This document shows positions 1 to 8,802 of a stretch of 37,759 nt of DNA, piece after piece. Position numbers and translations under genes: made by a program. Under the pieces are notes generated by a model. The model was not told the DNA's origin. It ran no database searches and worked only from the letters and a program-made list of their open reading frames with translations. The stretch is from a virus (taxonomy: Duplodnaviria; Caudoviricetes): positions 1 to 37,759 of IMG/VR virus record IMGVR_UViG_3300035670_000636. One strand, given 5' to 3'. The first letter of the stretch is position 1; each line of letters opens with the position of its first letter.

Positions 1-127
1 CGGTGCCAGCGTGGTGTTTTGCGTCCACTGCGTAACTCGCTGGCCAGTTGCTGGATCAGTGACAGCCTGCGTATCCCAACTTTGCGAACCAAACGGCGTG
101 TTGATCACCGGCCGATTGGCGTAGTTC
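1..127 (+). repeat. Terminal direct repeat, copy 1 (assembly overlap)
   Basis: Identical to 37633-37759 (cggtgccagc...ggcgtagttc); 127 is a common assembler k-mer size. Confidence 0.97.
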
Positions 128-219
128 TGCATGTTGGTCGCCTTCTCAGACGCCTGTGCTTGAGCTGTTGCCGCGCCCAGGTAATCAGGTGCTGGAGGTG
201 CTTTCGCTTTGCCGCCCAT
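1..219 (-). CDS. 5' part of DNA pilot/ejection protein (continues at 37632..36559; 430 aa in total)
   Basis: ATG at 219 gives MGGKAKAPPAPDYLGAATAQAQASEKATNMQNYANRPVINTPFGSQ..., in frame with the 36559..37740 ORF across the circular junction. Confidence 0.85.
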   Translation of the reverse strand, partial: MGGKAKAPPAPDYLGAATAQAQASEKATNMQNYANRPVINTPFGSQSWDTQAVTDPATGQRVTQWTQNTTLAP

Positions 220-625
220 GTTGTACCCCTTTAAGCCACCGACACTCGTCGGCTTTCATTTCAAACATCACACAATCGATCGTCTCCGCTATTTTGCGGA
301 ATCCCAATCGCTCATTCATTGCAACTGCGTCCTCGAGGTGCTTGGGCGTCAGCCCATACACCGCATCGAGGCCCACTTTTACAAACGGATACTCAAACGC
401 TGACCGCCACAAACTACGCTTTAACCCGTGCGGGCCATCAAACGCGACGTGCATCCAGCACGCATTCGGCGTCCAGGCGTTGTAAGCCACAGCGCAAGCA
501 ATCGTCCCGTCATCACGCATCACGGCCATCGTGCGCAGGTCCGTAGACCAGGGCAGGTTGATGCGCTTGTTCAACCACTGCCAGATGACCGGGTACTGCT
601 CGGGCTGATCGGTAACTAGCTGCAT
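185..625 (-). CDS. GNAT-fold acetyltransferase-like virion-operon protein
   Basis: GNAT-like motifs (AFEYPFVKVGLDAVYGLTP, MNERLGFRKIAE); typical position between tail-tube and ejection genes in podoviruses. Confidence 0.7.
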   Translation of the reverse strand: MQLVTDQPEQYPVIWQWLNKRINLPWSTDLRTMAVMRDDGTIACAVAYNAWTPNACWMHVAFDGPHGLKRSLWRSAFEYPFVKVGLDAVYGLTPKHLEDAVAMNERLGFRKIAETIDCVMFEMKADECRWLKGVQHGRQSESTSST

Positions 626-627
626 AG

Positions 628-2649
628 TTATTGCATCAGGTATTCGACAATGGCCTCTTCCAAGGCCTTGCTGCCACTACCACCGCCACCAGCTCCAGCA
701 GGATCACCAAACGTGATTGCGGTGAAATCCTGAAGCGGGTCATACATCTCGAACATGCCACCCAGGTTAGCCGCCTGGCCGAGATCAATGCCAATCGGAT
801 CTTCACTTGCGGCGTCATCGGCAGCCAAAGAAAGCTCAATCAACGCATCAAGCGCGTCCTGGTCGTCTTGGTAGGAATTCATCCCCATTAGGTCCGAATA
901 CTCTTGCGAGGCTCGGAAGCTGCTCGCAATGTCGTCAACACCAAGCCCGGTTTGATCCCAATAAGACAGCCCACCCTGATCAGGATCGCGGCCCAGGATC
1001 TCCCGATACAAAGCTGCAATCTGGTCAGCGTTTGCATCGAGCGGATCGAACGTATCGACAATCAAATTGTCATTAGTGTTGCTACCTGACGCTTTATCGA
1101 CAGGATCAAACGTATCGATGATCAGGTTGTCATCAGTGCCTTGGTTGCCGCCGCTCGAGTTATTTGCAGGGTCGAAGACATCAGGATCTGTCCCATCATC
1201 AACAGAGGTGTTCTGCTCGTAGTTGATGGTTCGATCATCGCCAGTCAAGTTTTCACCCGGCTTAATCGTGACCGATCCCTTCTTTTCTTCAGAATTCAAG
1301 AACGAATTGCGGATGTCATCAACGCCGAGCCCGGTCTGATCCCAATATCTCAGACCACCTTCATCGGGGTCACGCCCGAGAATCTCGCGATAAAGCGCGG
1401 TGATCTGATCGGCATCTGCGTCAAATGGATTGGTCTGATCATCAGCTGTGTTGTCACTTTGATCGTAATTAATGGTTCGCTCATCACCGGTGAGGTTTTC
1501 ACCTGGCTTAATCGTGACTGAGCCTTTCTTTTCCTCAGAGTTCAAGAACGCATTTCGAATGTCATCAACGCCAAGCCCTGTCTGGTCCCAGTAAGAAAGA
1601 CCGCCCTCGTCAGGGTCGCGACCAAGAACCTCGCGATACAGGCCAGAGATCTGCTCTGCGTTTGCATCATTGATCGACCTGTACTCTTCCGACTGCCGGA
1701 AGCTGTTTGCGATGTCATCAACGCCAAGGCCTGTCTGATCCCAATATTGGAGGCCACCCTGGTCGGGTTCACGCCTGAGAATGTCTAGATACAGCCTGGT
1801 GATTTGGTCGGAGTTGGCATCATTCACAAATCCACCACCCCCACCACCTCCACCATCTCCCCCGCCACCAGCAGGGGGCGCGCTTTCTTGGGACGCTGGT
1901 GTGGTTGGCTTGATCGTCAGCTTCTCAAACCGATTGGACAAACCAGTCGGCACCGGCTTGTTGAAGTTCAAAGTCAGCGTGGAGTTCTGCGGGTTTTGAA
2001 GCAACTTGACGCCTGGATTGTTGCTCTGAGCGCCGGCGTTATTTGAACGAAGCGAGGCGACCAAATTGCTTTGATAACCGCTGTCCTTTATGTACTCCGG
2101 GGCATCCATAAACTGCTGCGCCATATCAGGCAGGCCTAAACCCGACGTCTGCCAAAACATCTGCCCGGACGCGTCGGGCTGACGGCCAAGAATGCTTCGA
2201 TATAAATTGGAGATGCCTGAGCTGTACTCAGGAGACTGCAACATCTCCTGCTTGATCTTTGGGACACCGAGGCCGCTGTTCTGCCAGTAGTTCAGGCCGC
2301 CCGAATCTGGTTGACGGCCAAATACGTCGGAATAAAGCCCTTGGACGCTGGTTTTGTATTCCGGCGACTTGAGCATCTCAGACTGAATTTGCGACGGGTC
2401 GAGGTTGCTTTGATTCCAGTAATCAAGACCTCCGGCGTCAGGCTCTCGGCCTAAAACGTTGCCGTAAAGGTCGTCAATCGATTTGGTCCGATACTCAGGT
2501 GATCGCAAGAACTCAGCTTGGATCGCTTGCGTTGACAGCCCGGTGTTGTCCCAAAAGTTCAGACCGCCTTCATCAGGCGCACGCCCTAAAAGCGCCTGGT
2601 ATAGGTTGGTGATCTGACTTGCGTTTGCATCGTTGGTTGTAGACATCAC
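628..2649 (-). CDS. DUF4214-like (S-layer-associated) repeat protein, 8 repeats, acidic and Gly-rich
   Basis: Eight copies of LYxxxLGRxPDxGGLxYW...F..SxEY in two blocks of four, separated by a Gly-rich linker. Confidence 0.75.
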   Translation of the reverse strand: MMSTTNDANASQITNLYQALLGRAPDEGGLNFWDNTGLSTQAIQAEFLRSPEYRTKSIDDLYGNVLGREPDAGGLDYWNQSNLDPSQIQSEMLKSPEYKTSVQGLYSDVFGRQPDSGGLNYWQNSGLGVPKIKQEMLQSPEYSSGISNLYRSILGRQPDASGQMFWQTSGLGLPDMAQQFMDAPEYIKDSGYQSNLVASLRSNNAGAQSNNPGVKLLQNPQNSTLTLNFNKPVPTGLSNRFEKLTIKPTTPASQESAPPAGGGGDGGGGGGGGFVNDANSDQITRLYLDILRREPDQGGLQYWDQTGLGVDDIANSFRQSEEYRSINDANAEQISGLYREVLGRDPDEGGLSYWDQTGLGVDDIRNAFLNSEEKKGSVTIKPGENLTGDERTINYDQSDNTADDQTNPFDADADQITALYREILGRDPDEGGLRYWDQTGLGVDDIRNSFLNSEEKKGSVTIKPGENLTGDDRTINYEQNTSVDDGTDPDVFDPANNSSGGNQGTDDNLIIDTFDPVDKASGSNTNDNLIVDTFDPLDANADQIAALYREILGRDPDQGGLSYWDQTGLGVDDIASSFRASQEYSDLMGMNSYQDDQDALDALIELSLAADDAASEDPIGIDLGQAANLGGMFEMYDPLQDFTAITFGDPAGAGGGGSGSKALEEAIVEYLMQ

Positions 2650-4256
2650 ATAACCCCACCTAATTCAGTCGCGATATGCGCGGCCGTAAACACTGTCGCA
2701 GGCAAACCGCGCACTTTCATGCGCAGCGAGCCGTAGTACCCGAGGCCTGTCGTACCAGCCCAGGCCTGGTAAGTGCCCTGGCCAACCCATACGGAGACGT
2801 TCCACACGCCGACGTCCCAGACGCCGTTAATCTCGTTTGTGAAGAACGGTGAGCCAGGCACAGCCTCGGCCTGGAACTGCGTGTTGATGCGCAGCTTGAT
2901 CGCCGGCGCTGCGGTCGCGATAAAGATCGGACGCGCCATGCCAAAGCGCTTGAGCTGCGCAGGCGTGCCAAAGTGCTGGAACGCTGTCTGAATGTCGCCC
3001 TCGATGTTGGTGCCACCAGCGCCCGCAATATCGACGCCGTCCAGGTCGCCATAGAGGCCGCGGCACGTCAGGCCGTCAAGGGTGCCAAAGTAGAGCTGGC
3101 TGCCAATCACAGCCGCTGATCGAATCGGTAGGCCCTGGAACTGACACCAGGCCCCGGTGGTGACGTTCATCGCGAACTGCCGATACGTGCCGCCCTGGCG
3201 AGGCAAACTGATCACCAGGACCTCGGACGTCGGCACCACGAAGACGTCAAAAAACTTGTCGTTGATGAGCTCACGCACCAGCGGCGCGAACACGCTCTGA
3301 ATCTTGGACGCAGGGCCTACCTGCTGATCCTGGGTGTACTGGCCGCTGATCAGCTTGGACATCGGCACCAGGCCGAGCTCGCTGACAATCATCACGTCGC
3401 CACCAAAGGGCGTGAAATAGCGGCCATGACGCGGGACAGGGCCCACGTACCAGACGCCTTTGATCTGGAAGGTCGCCGCGCTGGTCGGGTCTGTTCCCTC
3501 CCACACCGCGACGTCGCCCTCGGTGCCGATCGCGACCAGGAAGTCGTCCACCGAAAAGCCGGCGTCGATCGTCCAGTTGAACATGGCCGAGACATAGCCA
3601 CCGTTTCGCAGGATCGAGCCCATCGGAAACGATGTGACGGTGCCCGTGACTGCGTCTACGTTGTTCATGTAGGCGACGTTAGGGCTGTCTTTGAACGTGA
3701 ACCAAACGCGTCGCTTCCAAACCGCAACAGTCCTCACGGACGTTGTCATACCGGTCGTGGTCGCGGTGCGATTTACCCACCCCGAGGTGGCGCTGTAGGT
3801 CCAATATCCCGCGCCAGGCGAGACAGCCAGCAAGAACGTGTCGGCCGCGGTGGAAAACTGCGTCGTCCACCACTCGTTATCGGTGCTGCCGGTTCCACTC
3901 ACAGCAAGCACAGGATTGCCGCCGGCGGTCACGTCATAGATGTTCCCGTTGGCGGCCATGAAGACCTTGTTGTTGGCCGGATTCGGTGCGACATAGCCAA
4001 ACACCGACTCGACCGGCTGCGCGACGCTGGCGACCGTCACCGGGTTTGCGAAGGTTTGCCAGCCTTGACGCAGCTCGCAGCCTTGCTGACGCGGAATCAT
4101 GTTGGTCAGCACCAGCGCATCCTGGGGCGACATCGCCGCGATCGGGTCGCGGTAGTTCAAGCCACCAGTGGGAGCGGTAATGACCGCGATCTGCGCAGTC
4201 TGTGCGGCGGCGGCCCTTCTAGGTGCTTTGAAGGGCTTCAGAGGCACCAGAGGCAT
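2646..4256 (-). CDS. Tail tubular B / packaged-DNA stabilization protein (P22 gp10-like)
   Basis: 536 aa, beta-rich, N-terminal APTGGLNYRDPIAAM..DAL.LTN motif, directly after the adaptor gene. Confidence 0.7.
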   Translation of the reverse strand: MPLVPLKPFKAPRRAAAAQTAQIAVITAPTGGLNYRDPIAAMSPQDALVLTNMIPRQQGCELRQGWQTFANPVTVASVAQPVESVFGYVAPNPANNKVFMAANGNIYDVTAGGNPVLAVSGTGSTDNEWWTTQFSTAADTFLLAVSPGAGYWTYSATSGWVNRTATTTGMTTSVRTVAVWKRRVWFTFKDSPNVAYMNNVDAVTGTVTSFPMGSILRNGGYVSAMFNWTIDAGFSVDDFLVAIGTEGDVAVWEGTDPTSAATFQIKGVWYVGPVPRHGRYFTPFGGDVMIVSELGLVPMSKLISGQYTQDQQVGPASKIQSVFAPLVRELINDKFFDVFVVPTSEVLVISLPRQGGTYRQFAMNVTTGAWCQFQGLPIRSAAVIGSQLYFGTLDGLTCRGLYGDLDGVDIAGAGGTNIEGDIQTAFQHFGTPAQLKRFGMARPIFIATAAPAIKLRINTQFQAEAVPGSPFFTNEINGVWDVGVWNVSVWVGQGTYQAWAGTTGLGYYGSLRMKVRGLPATVFTAAHIATELGGVM

Positions 4257-4258
4257 GG

Positions 4259-5008
4259 CTAGACCCCATACCCGGTGTCGGGCGTGTTCGTGAGCGGTTG
4301 GATGTATGGGAAGCGAAAGTCACGCGCCATCGATAACACCGGCGCGCCCTTCTCTGCGCCCTTGCGATTCTCAAACGCGATCTGGAAGTCGCGCATCGCT
4401 GCGCTGCTGTCCAGGCCTTTCATCTCGAGCCACTTGACGCGTGTGTAAAGCGTGATCAGCGTCGCATCGAGCAGCGCCACGTCACCGTTCTTAGTGATGC
4501 GGTTTTTGAACAGGTTGCTGTCATCCTGATCGCGGACCCAGGCCTGCGACAGGTAGAAGAAGTTCATCGTCTGCGGCGAGTTGGGCGGCGCAAGCACGTA
4601 GATCTTGTTGTCGCGCACCTGCCAGTAGAACGAAAGCGTCGGCAGCGTCGTGCGGATCAGCAGCTGCTGCCACATCTGCGGCGAGACAGGACCCAGCGAG
4701 GGAAACTGCGTCGTCGCGTTCCAGTTGGTCTGGTCAATCCAATCAAAAAAGTCCTCCGGCAAACTGAAGGACTTTTCTCGTTGATCGCTGCTGTCAGCCT
4801 GAATCGGTAGCTGGTAGTTCTTGATCAGCTCCTGCCAGTCGTACATCGTGAGCAGCTCGATGCCGGCCATGTTGGCCGCCTGAACCATTTGCTGCACTGC
4901 CGGGTCAGCATCGCCGGCGGGATCGGTGGGGACGGGGAAGGCCACCATCGAGCAAACATTCTGAATGATTGCTGACAGTGTCGATTCGTTGACAATCTGG
5001 AAGGCCAT
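4259..5008 (-). CDS. Head-tail adaptor / tail tubular protein A
   Basis: 249 aa, YDWQEL and FSLPEDF motifs; synteny downstream of the capsid gene. Confidence 0.7.
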   Translation of the reverse strand: MAFQIVNESTLSAIIQNVCSMVAFPVPTDPAGDADPAVQQMVQAANMAGIELLTMYDWQELIKNYQLPIQADSSDQREKSFSLPEDFFDWIDQTNWNATTQFPSLGPVSPQMWQQLLIRTTLPTLSFYWQVRDNKIYVLAPPNSPQTMNFFYLSQAWVRDQDDSNLFKNRITKNGDVALLDATLITLYTRVKWLEMKGLDSSAAMRDFQIAFENRKGAEKGAPVLSMARDFRFPYIQPLTNTPDTGYGV

Positions 5009-5022
5009 CCCCGGTTGCTCCT

Positions 5023-5631
5023 TTACGCGGCCTGAGCCTCAGCCGCCACGGCGCGCTTCATCGGCTTTGCCTGCGCCTGCAGTGCCTCGACCATCAAACG
5101 CAGGTTTTCGATCTCAGCGTCGCGCTTTTGCAGCTCCTCGTTCATCTTCTCGATCGGGGCGTTGTTGGCCGCGACCTGGAGGAACGCCTTGGCGCGCTGC
5201 TTGTCTTGCGCAAACCCGATGAACTTCTGGCCCAGGTTGTCTGCTGTCTCGGCCAGCTGCTCAACGGTGAGCACCTTGAAATACTTGTACTCCTCGACCT
5301 TGGCCGGGTTCATGCCAGGCAACGCGGAGAGCGGCGTGCCGATCACTGCTTGCTCCTGGCCTGCTTTCCATTTGGCGTACCGGTCAGCAAAGCGTTGAGC
5401 GTCCAACGCGTTGACAGGCCGCTCGATCACGCTGGACTTGTCGCCAGGCGTGTAGATGCGCAGGTAGTCCACTTCCTCATAAATCGCACGCCCAGCCTCG
5501 CGGCTTTTTGCTTCCATATGCACAGGCTTGCGATAAAACTCGACAACCAGGCGCGAGTCATGCGTGAACCGGTTCTCGTTGGGCTGAGGTAGCGGGGGAT
5601 CTGAAAATACTGTGGGGGTCGTGGGTTGCAT
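5023..5631 (-). CDS. Conserved phage hypothetical protein (virion operon)
   Basis: Long ORF, SD-like AGGA upstream, C-terminal coiled coil, operon context. Confidence 0.7.
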   Translation of the reverse strand: MQPTTPTVFSDPPLPQPNENRFTHDSRLVVEFYRKPVHMEAKSREAGRAIYEEVDYLRIYTPGDKSSVIERPVNALDAQRFADRYAKWKAGQEQAVIGTPLSALPGMNPAKVEEYKYFKVLTVEQLAETADNLGQKFIGFAQDKQRAKAFLQVAANNAPIEKMNEELQKRDAEIENLRLMVEALQAQAKPMKRAVAAEAQAA

Positions 5632-5651
5632 GTGATTTTCCTTTTATTGAA

Positions 5652-5855
5652 TTAAACGCCGACGCCGTCGCCGTACTCGATCAGGATGTCGGTCGTCGCC
5701 GCCGCACCGCCGATTCGATAAGCGCCGGATACGGTGTCACCGTCTGCGCCTGTGATGCCAATGCCTTGACACACCGCGCCCGTGTCCTGGGTCGCTTCAG
5801 TGTCTACAACCGCCGGCGCGTCTGCGGATACTGCTGCGCCATAACTAACTGCCAT
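5652..5855 (-). CDS. Small acidic virion/decoration-like protein
   Basis: 67 aa, SD-like AAGGA upstream, directly after the capsid gene. Confidence 0.55.
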   Translation of the reverse strand: MAVSYGAAVSADAPAVVDTEATQDTGAVCQGIGITGADGDTVSGAYRIGGAAATTDILIEYGDGVGV

Positions 5856-5869
5856 GATGAATTCCTTTC

Positions 5870-5909
5870 AAAAAAACCCGAGGGGAGCGAGCTTCCCCGC
5901 CCTCTCGGG
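5870..5909 (-). terminator. Rho-independent terminator after the major capsid gene
   Basis: GC-rich hairpin CCCGAG...CTCGGG followed by a T7 run on the minus strand. Confidence 0.7.
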
Positions 5910-5941
5910 AAAGGGAAGCCCCACGACAGGCCCACCAAAAA

Positions 5942-6916
5942 TCAGTTCTGCAGACGGCCCTGGAACTGCGCACCAGAGGCGGTGAGGTTGCCGGCCCAGG
6001 CTAGGATCTGAACTTCTGCATCCTGGTTGATCGCATAGCGACGGTTGGGCGACAGCGGGACCATGTTGCGGTCCTTGTGCGGACGCCACTTCAGGAACTT
6101 GGTGTTCAAGAAGAAGCCGGTGTTAGCCGGGCAGAAACCGCCGATACCACCATCGAGGACCACATCGGCATCCATAAACTTGATGCTGGGGAAGCCGAGG
6201 TTGCCGGTTTCAGGCGAAGTGAAGCGCTGCTGTGCCTGGAGGCTGGCCATATAAAGCGCCCAGTAGTTGGTGTCCATGACGATCAGATCGACACGGTCAG
6301 CACCACGGGTGGTCTGTGCCCACAGGTTATTCATGCCGGCCTGGATGTTGGCTGCAGTTGCAGCACCACCAGCAGAGACGCTGAAGTCATACAGCTTCGA
6401 ACGCCAGAAAGACCAGGTGGCGCGGTTGATGCCGCCATAGGTGCCAGTCGTCGGATCTGCGGGAACCGCAGCGTTCAAACCGGTCACTTCCTTACCGCCA
6501 GAGCCGGTGCCGTCGCTGTAAATCGACTGCGAGAGCTCGTTCATCATCGTGCTTTCGGCCACGTTCAAACGGCCTTCCAGCAGGTCGATGAATGCCTCTT
6601 TGCCGCTGTTCTGCAGCATCTCGAGGCCAGATATCACAACAGGCACTGCGTACTGCTTGATCTGGAACTCGGCAGCGCTGATGACGTCCTGAGCTGCTAC
6701 GGGGAGAAGGTCATATCCGCTGTAGAAGCCGCCGTTTGCGTTCTCAGCAAACGAAAGCTCTTCGAGGATGACGTTACCGCCGGAAATCGTTTTGACGTTG
6801 CCGCGCTGGCTCAACTTCGCCAGGATCGCGTTGTTCTTGGTGACGTTGTCCGCGATCTGACGCGAACGGTTTTGGATCGTAGTAGCTACGATGTCCGATA
6901 CATTGGGAAATGCCAT
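5942..6916 (-). CDS. Major capsid protein
   Basis: 324 aa, MAFPNVSDIVATTIQNRSRQIADNVTKNNAIL...YSGYDLL...YGGINRATW; follows the scaffold gene and is followed by a terminator. Confidence 0.9.
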   Translation of the reverse strand: MAFPNVSDIVATTIQNRSRQIADNVTKNNAILAKLSQRGNVKTISGGNVILEELSFAENANGGFYSGYDLLPVAAQDVISAAEFQIKQYAVPVVISGLEMLQNSGKEAFIDLLEGRLNVAESTMMNELSQSIYSDGTGSGGKEVTGLNAAVPADPTTGTYGGINRATWSFWRSKLYDFSVSAGGAATAANIQAGMNNLWAQTTRGADRVDLIVMDTNYWALYMASLQAQQRFTSPETGNLGFPSIKFMDADVVLDGGIGGFCPANTGFFLNTKFLKWRPHKDRNMVPLSPNRRYAINQDAEVQILAWAGNLTASGAQFQGRLQN

Positions 6917-7095
6917 GATGAAATCTCCATCTGAGTTGGAATGACCTTGCGGTCGCCTTGTCAGATGCGCCTACGCGAACCTTCTCAGTCCGTGTTGTCG
7001 TAGGTGGGACGCGTTGCGTCTCCTTCGAGCTTTCGGTGGCTGGAGTGCTTGGGCACACCATGAGGGTTTGACCCCTCAATGGTGTTAATTATCCA
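6917..7095 (-). ncRNA. Putative structured cis-regulatory leader RNA of the capsid gene
   Basis: About 180-nt non-coding gap almost fully tiled by inverted repeats, including a GACC-GCAA-GGTC tetraloop hairpin on the minus strand. Confidence 0.45.
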
Positions 7096-8226
7096 TCATC
7101 TTGCGTTTTGCGCTATGGCAGCCTCAATCGCAGAACGGACGTCGGTCGCGTTTTGCTTGAGCGCGCCCATCGGTGCCGAGCCCGAAACCTGCACCGCCGC
7201 GGACCTCGCCTTTTGCGCGGCCGCCGTGCCGACCTGGGCCTGCTTGGTTTTGGCTCGCTGCATCAAGACTGAACGCACGCGATCGTTGGTCAGGCATGCC
7301 TGCTTGTAAGCCTCCTGCAAGGTCATCGGCTTACCGCGGCGCTGTGCCACCTCGAGCAGGTCGGCCATGTCCTCGCGCACGTCGTTGCCAAACTCAGCGC
7401 GCTCAAGAAACTGCGACACCGCGCCCTGAGCCTCTTGCGAGACGCGCTGCTGCTGTGCGATCTGTGCCTGCTGAAACTGGGTCAGCATCTGCTGCACCGG
7501 TGCCAGGCGCTGATCGAGGGCCTGCTGCAGCGCCATCTGCTGCGGATCTGCCTGCATCGGCTGACCGGCCAGGGCCGCGTCCAGCTGCTCGATAAAGGCA
7601 TTGCCAAATCGACCGACGCCAAACTGCTGCACGATGCCGGCGACCATCGTCGCGAGCTCCGGCGCGGTGCCGGTGCGCAACCTGGCGGCGGTGCTCATCA
7701 AGTTGTCGATCGCCTGCAGCGGGTTGCTGTTCTCGGCCTTGATGAAAGCCTCGTAGGGTTGAATCGTGCGCATCACAGCGTCATAGGCCTTGCGCGCCTC
7801 GGCCGACTCCTGCAGGGTGCGCTGCACTTCGACCTCACGCCGATGCACCTCAGCACGCACGGGCTCGGGCAGCTGCGACCAGTGCTCACGCACGTCAGGC
7901 CGCCAGGAGGCCGGGGCACGCTCGGCCTGGGCCTTGGGTCCCGACTTGGGACCTGGTTGAATCGGCTCATGCGGCTCGGCCTTCTTGAACTTGCCGTTCT
8001 CGTCGCGCTCACGTTGTTGAACCGGTTTGCTGTCAGACGCCTCACCTTCGGCCAATTCGTCCAGGTTCTGGCCTTCAGCGGCCATCACCGGCGCATCGTT
8101 CGATGGGGATGGGTCAGGGTTGCTGGCTACCGGCTCCGGTGCTGCAGGTGCTGGTGCTGGTGTCGGCTCGGGCGGCGTATCAATTGCCGCCTCGATCGCG
8201 TCGCGTAGGGATGTCGTGGGATCCAT
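7096..8226 (-). CDS. Capsid scaffolding protein
   Basis: Pro/acidic N-terminus with RERDENGKF motif, APASW..W..LP motif, helical Gln/Ala-rich body; upstream of capsid gene. Confidence 0.8.
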   Translation of the reverse strand: MDPTTSLRDAIEAAIDTPPEPTPAPAPAAPEPVASNPDPSPSNDAPVMAAEGQNLDELAEGEASDSKPVQQRERDENGKFKKAEPHEPIQPGPKSGPKAQAERAPASWRPDVREHWSQLPEPVRAEVHRREVEVQRTLQESAEARKAYDAVMRTIQPYEAFIKAENSNPLQAIDNLMSTAARLRTGTAPELATMVAGIVQQFGVGRFGNAFIEQLDAALAGQPMQADPQQMALQQALDQRLAPVQQMLTQFQQAQIAQQQRVSQEAQGAVSQFLERAEFGNDVREDMADLLEVAQRRGKPMTLQEAYKQACLTNDRVRSVLMQRAKTKQAQVGTAAAQKARSAAVQVSGSAPMGALKQNATDVRSAIEAAIAQNAR

Positions 8227-8229
8227 GCT

Positions 8230-8547
8230 TTATCGCCTTTGGAGTTGATGAATGGCGCGCTCTATGTCGCGCTTGGAGAACGTGCCGCCTTGCTGCACAT
8301 ACTTGGCACGCTGTTCTTGGGCCTTGGCCCAGGAATCCTTGAAATCGTCGGCCGTCGCCAGGTTGTTGGCCCGCATGTACTCACGGTGCTTGGACCTGCT
8401 GCTGATGTCGGTGCCGTCAGTAGCTCGCAGCCCGTCATAGCTGCGATCGCCCCATAAAGCCCCGGAGTCGGTTCGAAGATCGGGCTGGTAATCCTTGGTT
8501 ACTTCCACCAGCTCGCCGTTTATCTGAATCCACCTGCGTCGTGTCAT
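8230..8547 (-). CDS. Conserved phage hypothetical protein
   Basis: DGTDISSRSKHREYMRANNL motif of the small gene often found between portal and scaffold. Confidence 0.7.
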   Translation of the reverse strand: MTRRRWIQINGELVEVTKDYQPDLRTDSGALWGDRSYDGLRATDGTDISSRSKHREYMRANNLATADDFKDSWAKAQEQRAKYVQQGGTFSKRDIERAIHQLQRR

Positions 8548-8564
8548 ATTGCGTTAAACTCAAC
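8548..8564. promoter_or_regulatory. Putative 17-bp operator ATTGCGTTAAACTCAAC
   Basis: Imperfect palindrome TTGCG-N5-CTCAA matching the sites at 19621, 20298, 20315, 24857 and 28736. Confidence 0.5.
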
Positions 8565-8595
8565 GTGTAAAGGTTTAATGAACGGAGAAAACACC

Positions 8596-8802
8596 ATGAA
8601 ACCGGACGTCATCATTGTCACTGGCGACCACGTACTGCGAGTCCCACAAAAGACGTGGGCTGCGTTTCTTCAAGTCGCGGCGCTCGTCGTTGACACCGGC
8701 GATATGTACCCACATCTCGAGCGTCAGCTGGGCGAGCAGCTGCTTGACCAGGTCAAGGAGGTGAAGTACGCGCTGGACGATCACATGTCCTCGCCGTCTT
8801 GA
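8596..8802 (+). CDS. Small counter-oriented hypothetical protein (candidate immunity or moron gene)
   Basis: GGAGA SD before ATG 8596 (MKPDVIIVTGDHVLRVP...); only credible plus-strand gene inside the late operon; convergent with 8781..9559. Confidence 0.55.
   Translation: MKPDVIIVTGDHVLRVPQKTWAAFLQVAALVVDTGDMYPHLERQLGEQLLDQVKEVKYALDDHMSSPS

Noticed and set aside
1-127. Biological terminal repeat (T7-like DTR)
   Set aside because: Exactly 127 bp and falls in the middle of a gene; best explained as a k-mer overlap of a circular contig
6960-7045. Known riboswitch or hammerhead ribozyme in the capsid leader (CTGAGA, CCGAAAG, GAAGGAGA fragments)
   Set aside because: Only isolated short matches; the full TPP, glycine or hammerhead core order and pairing could not be built by eye
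3426-8208. Long plus-strand ORFs antisense to structural genes (3426..4262, 6077..6934, 7435..8208)
   Set aside because: Expected shadow ORFs in GC-rich DNA opposite well-supported genes
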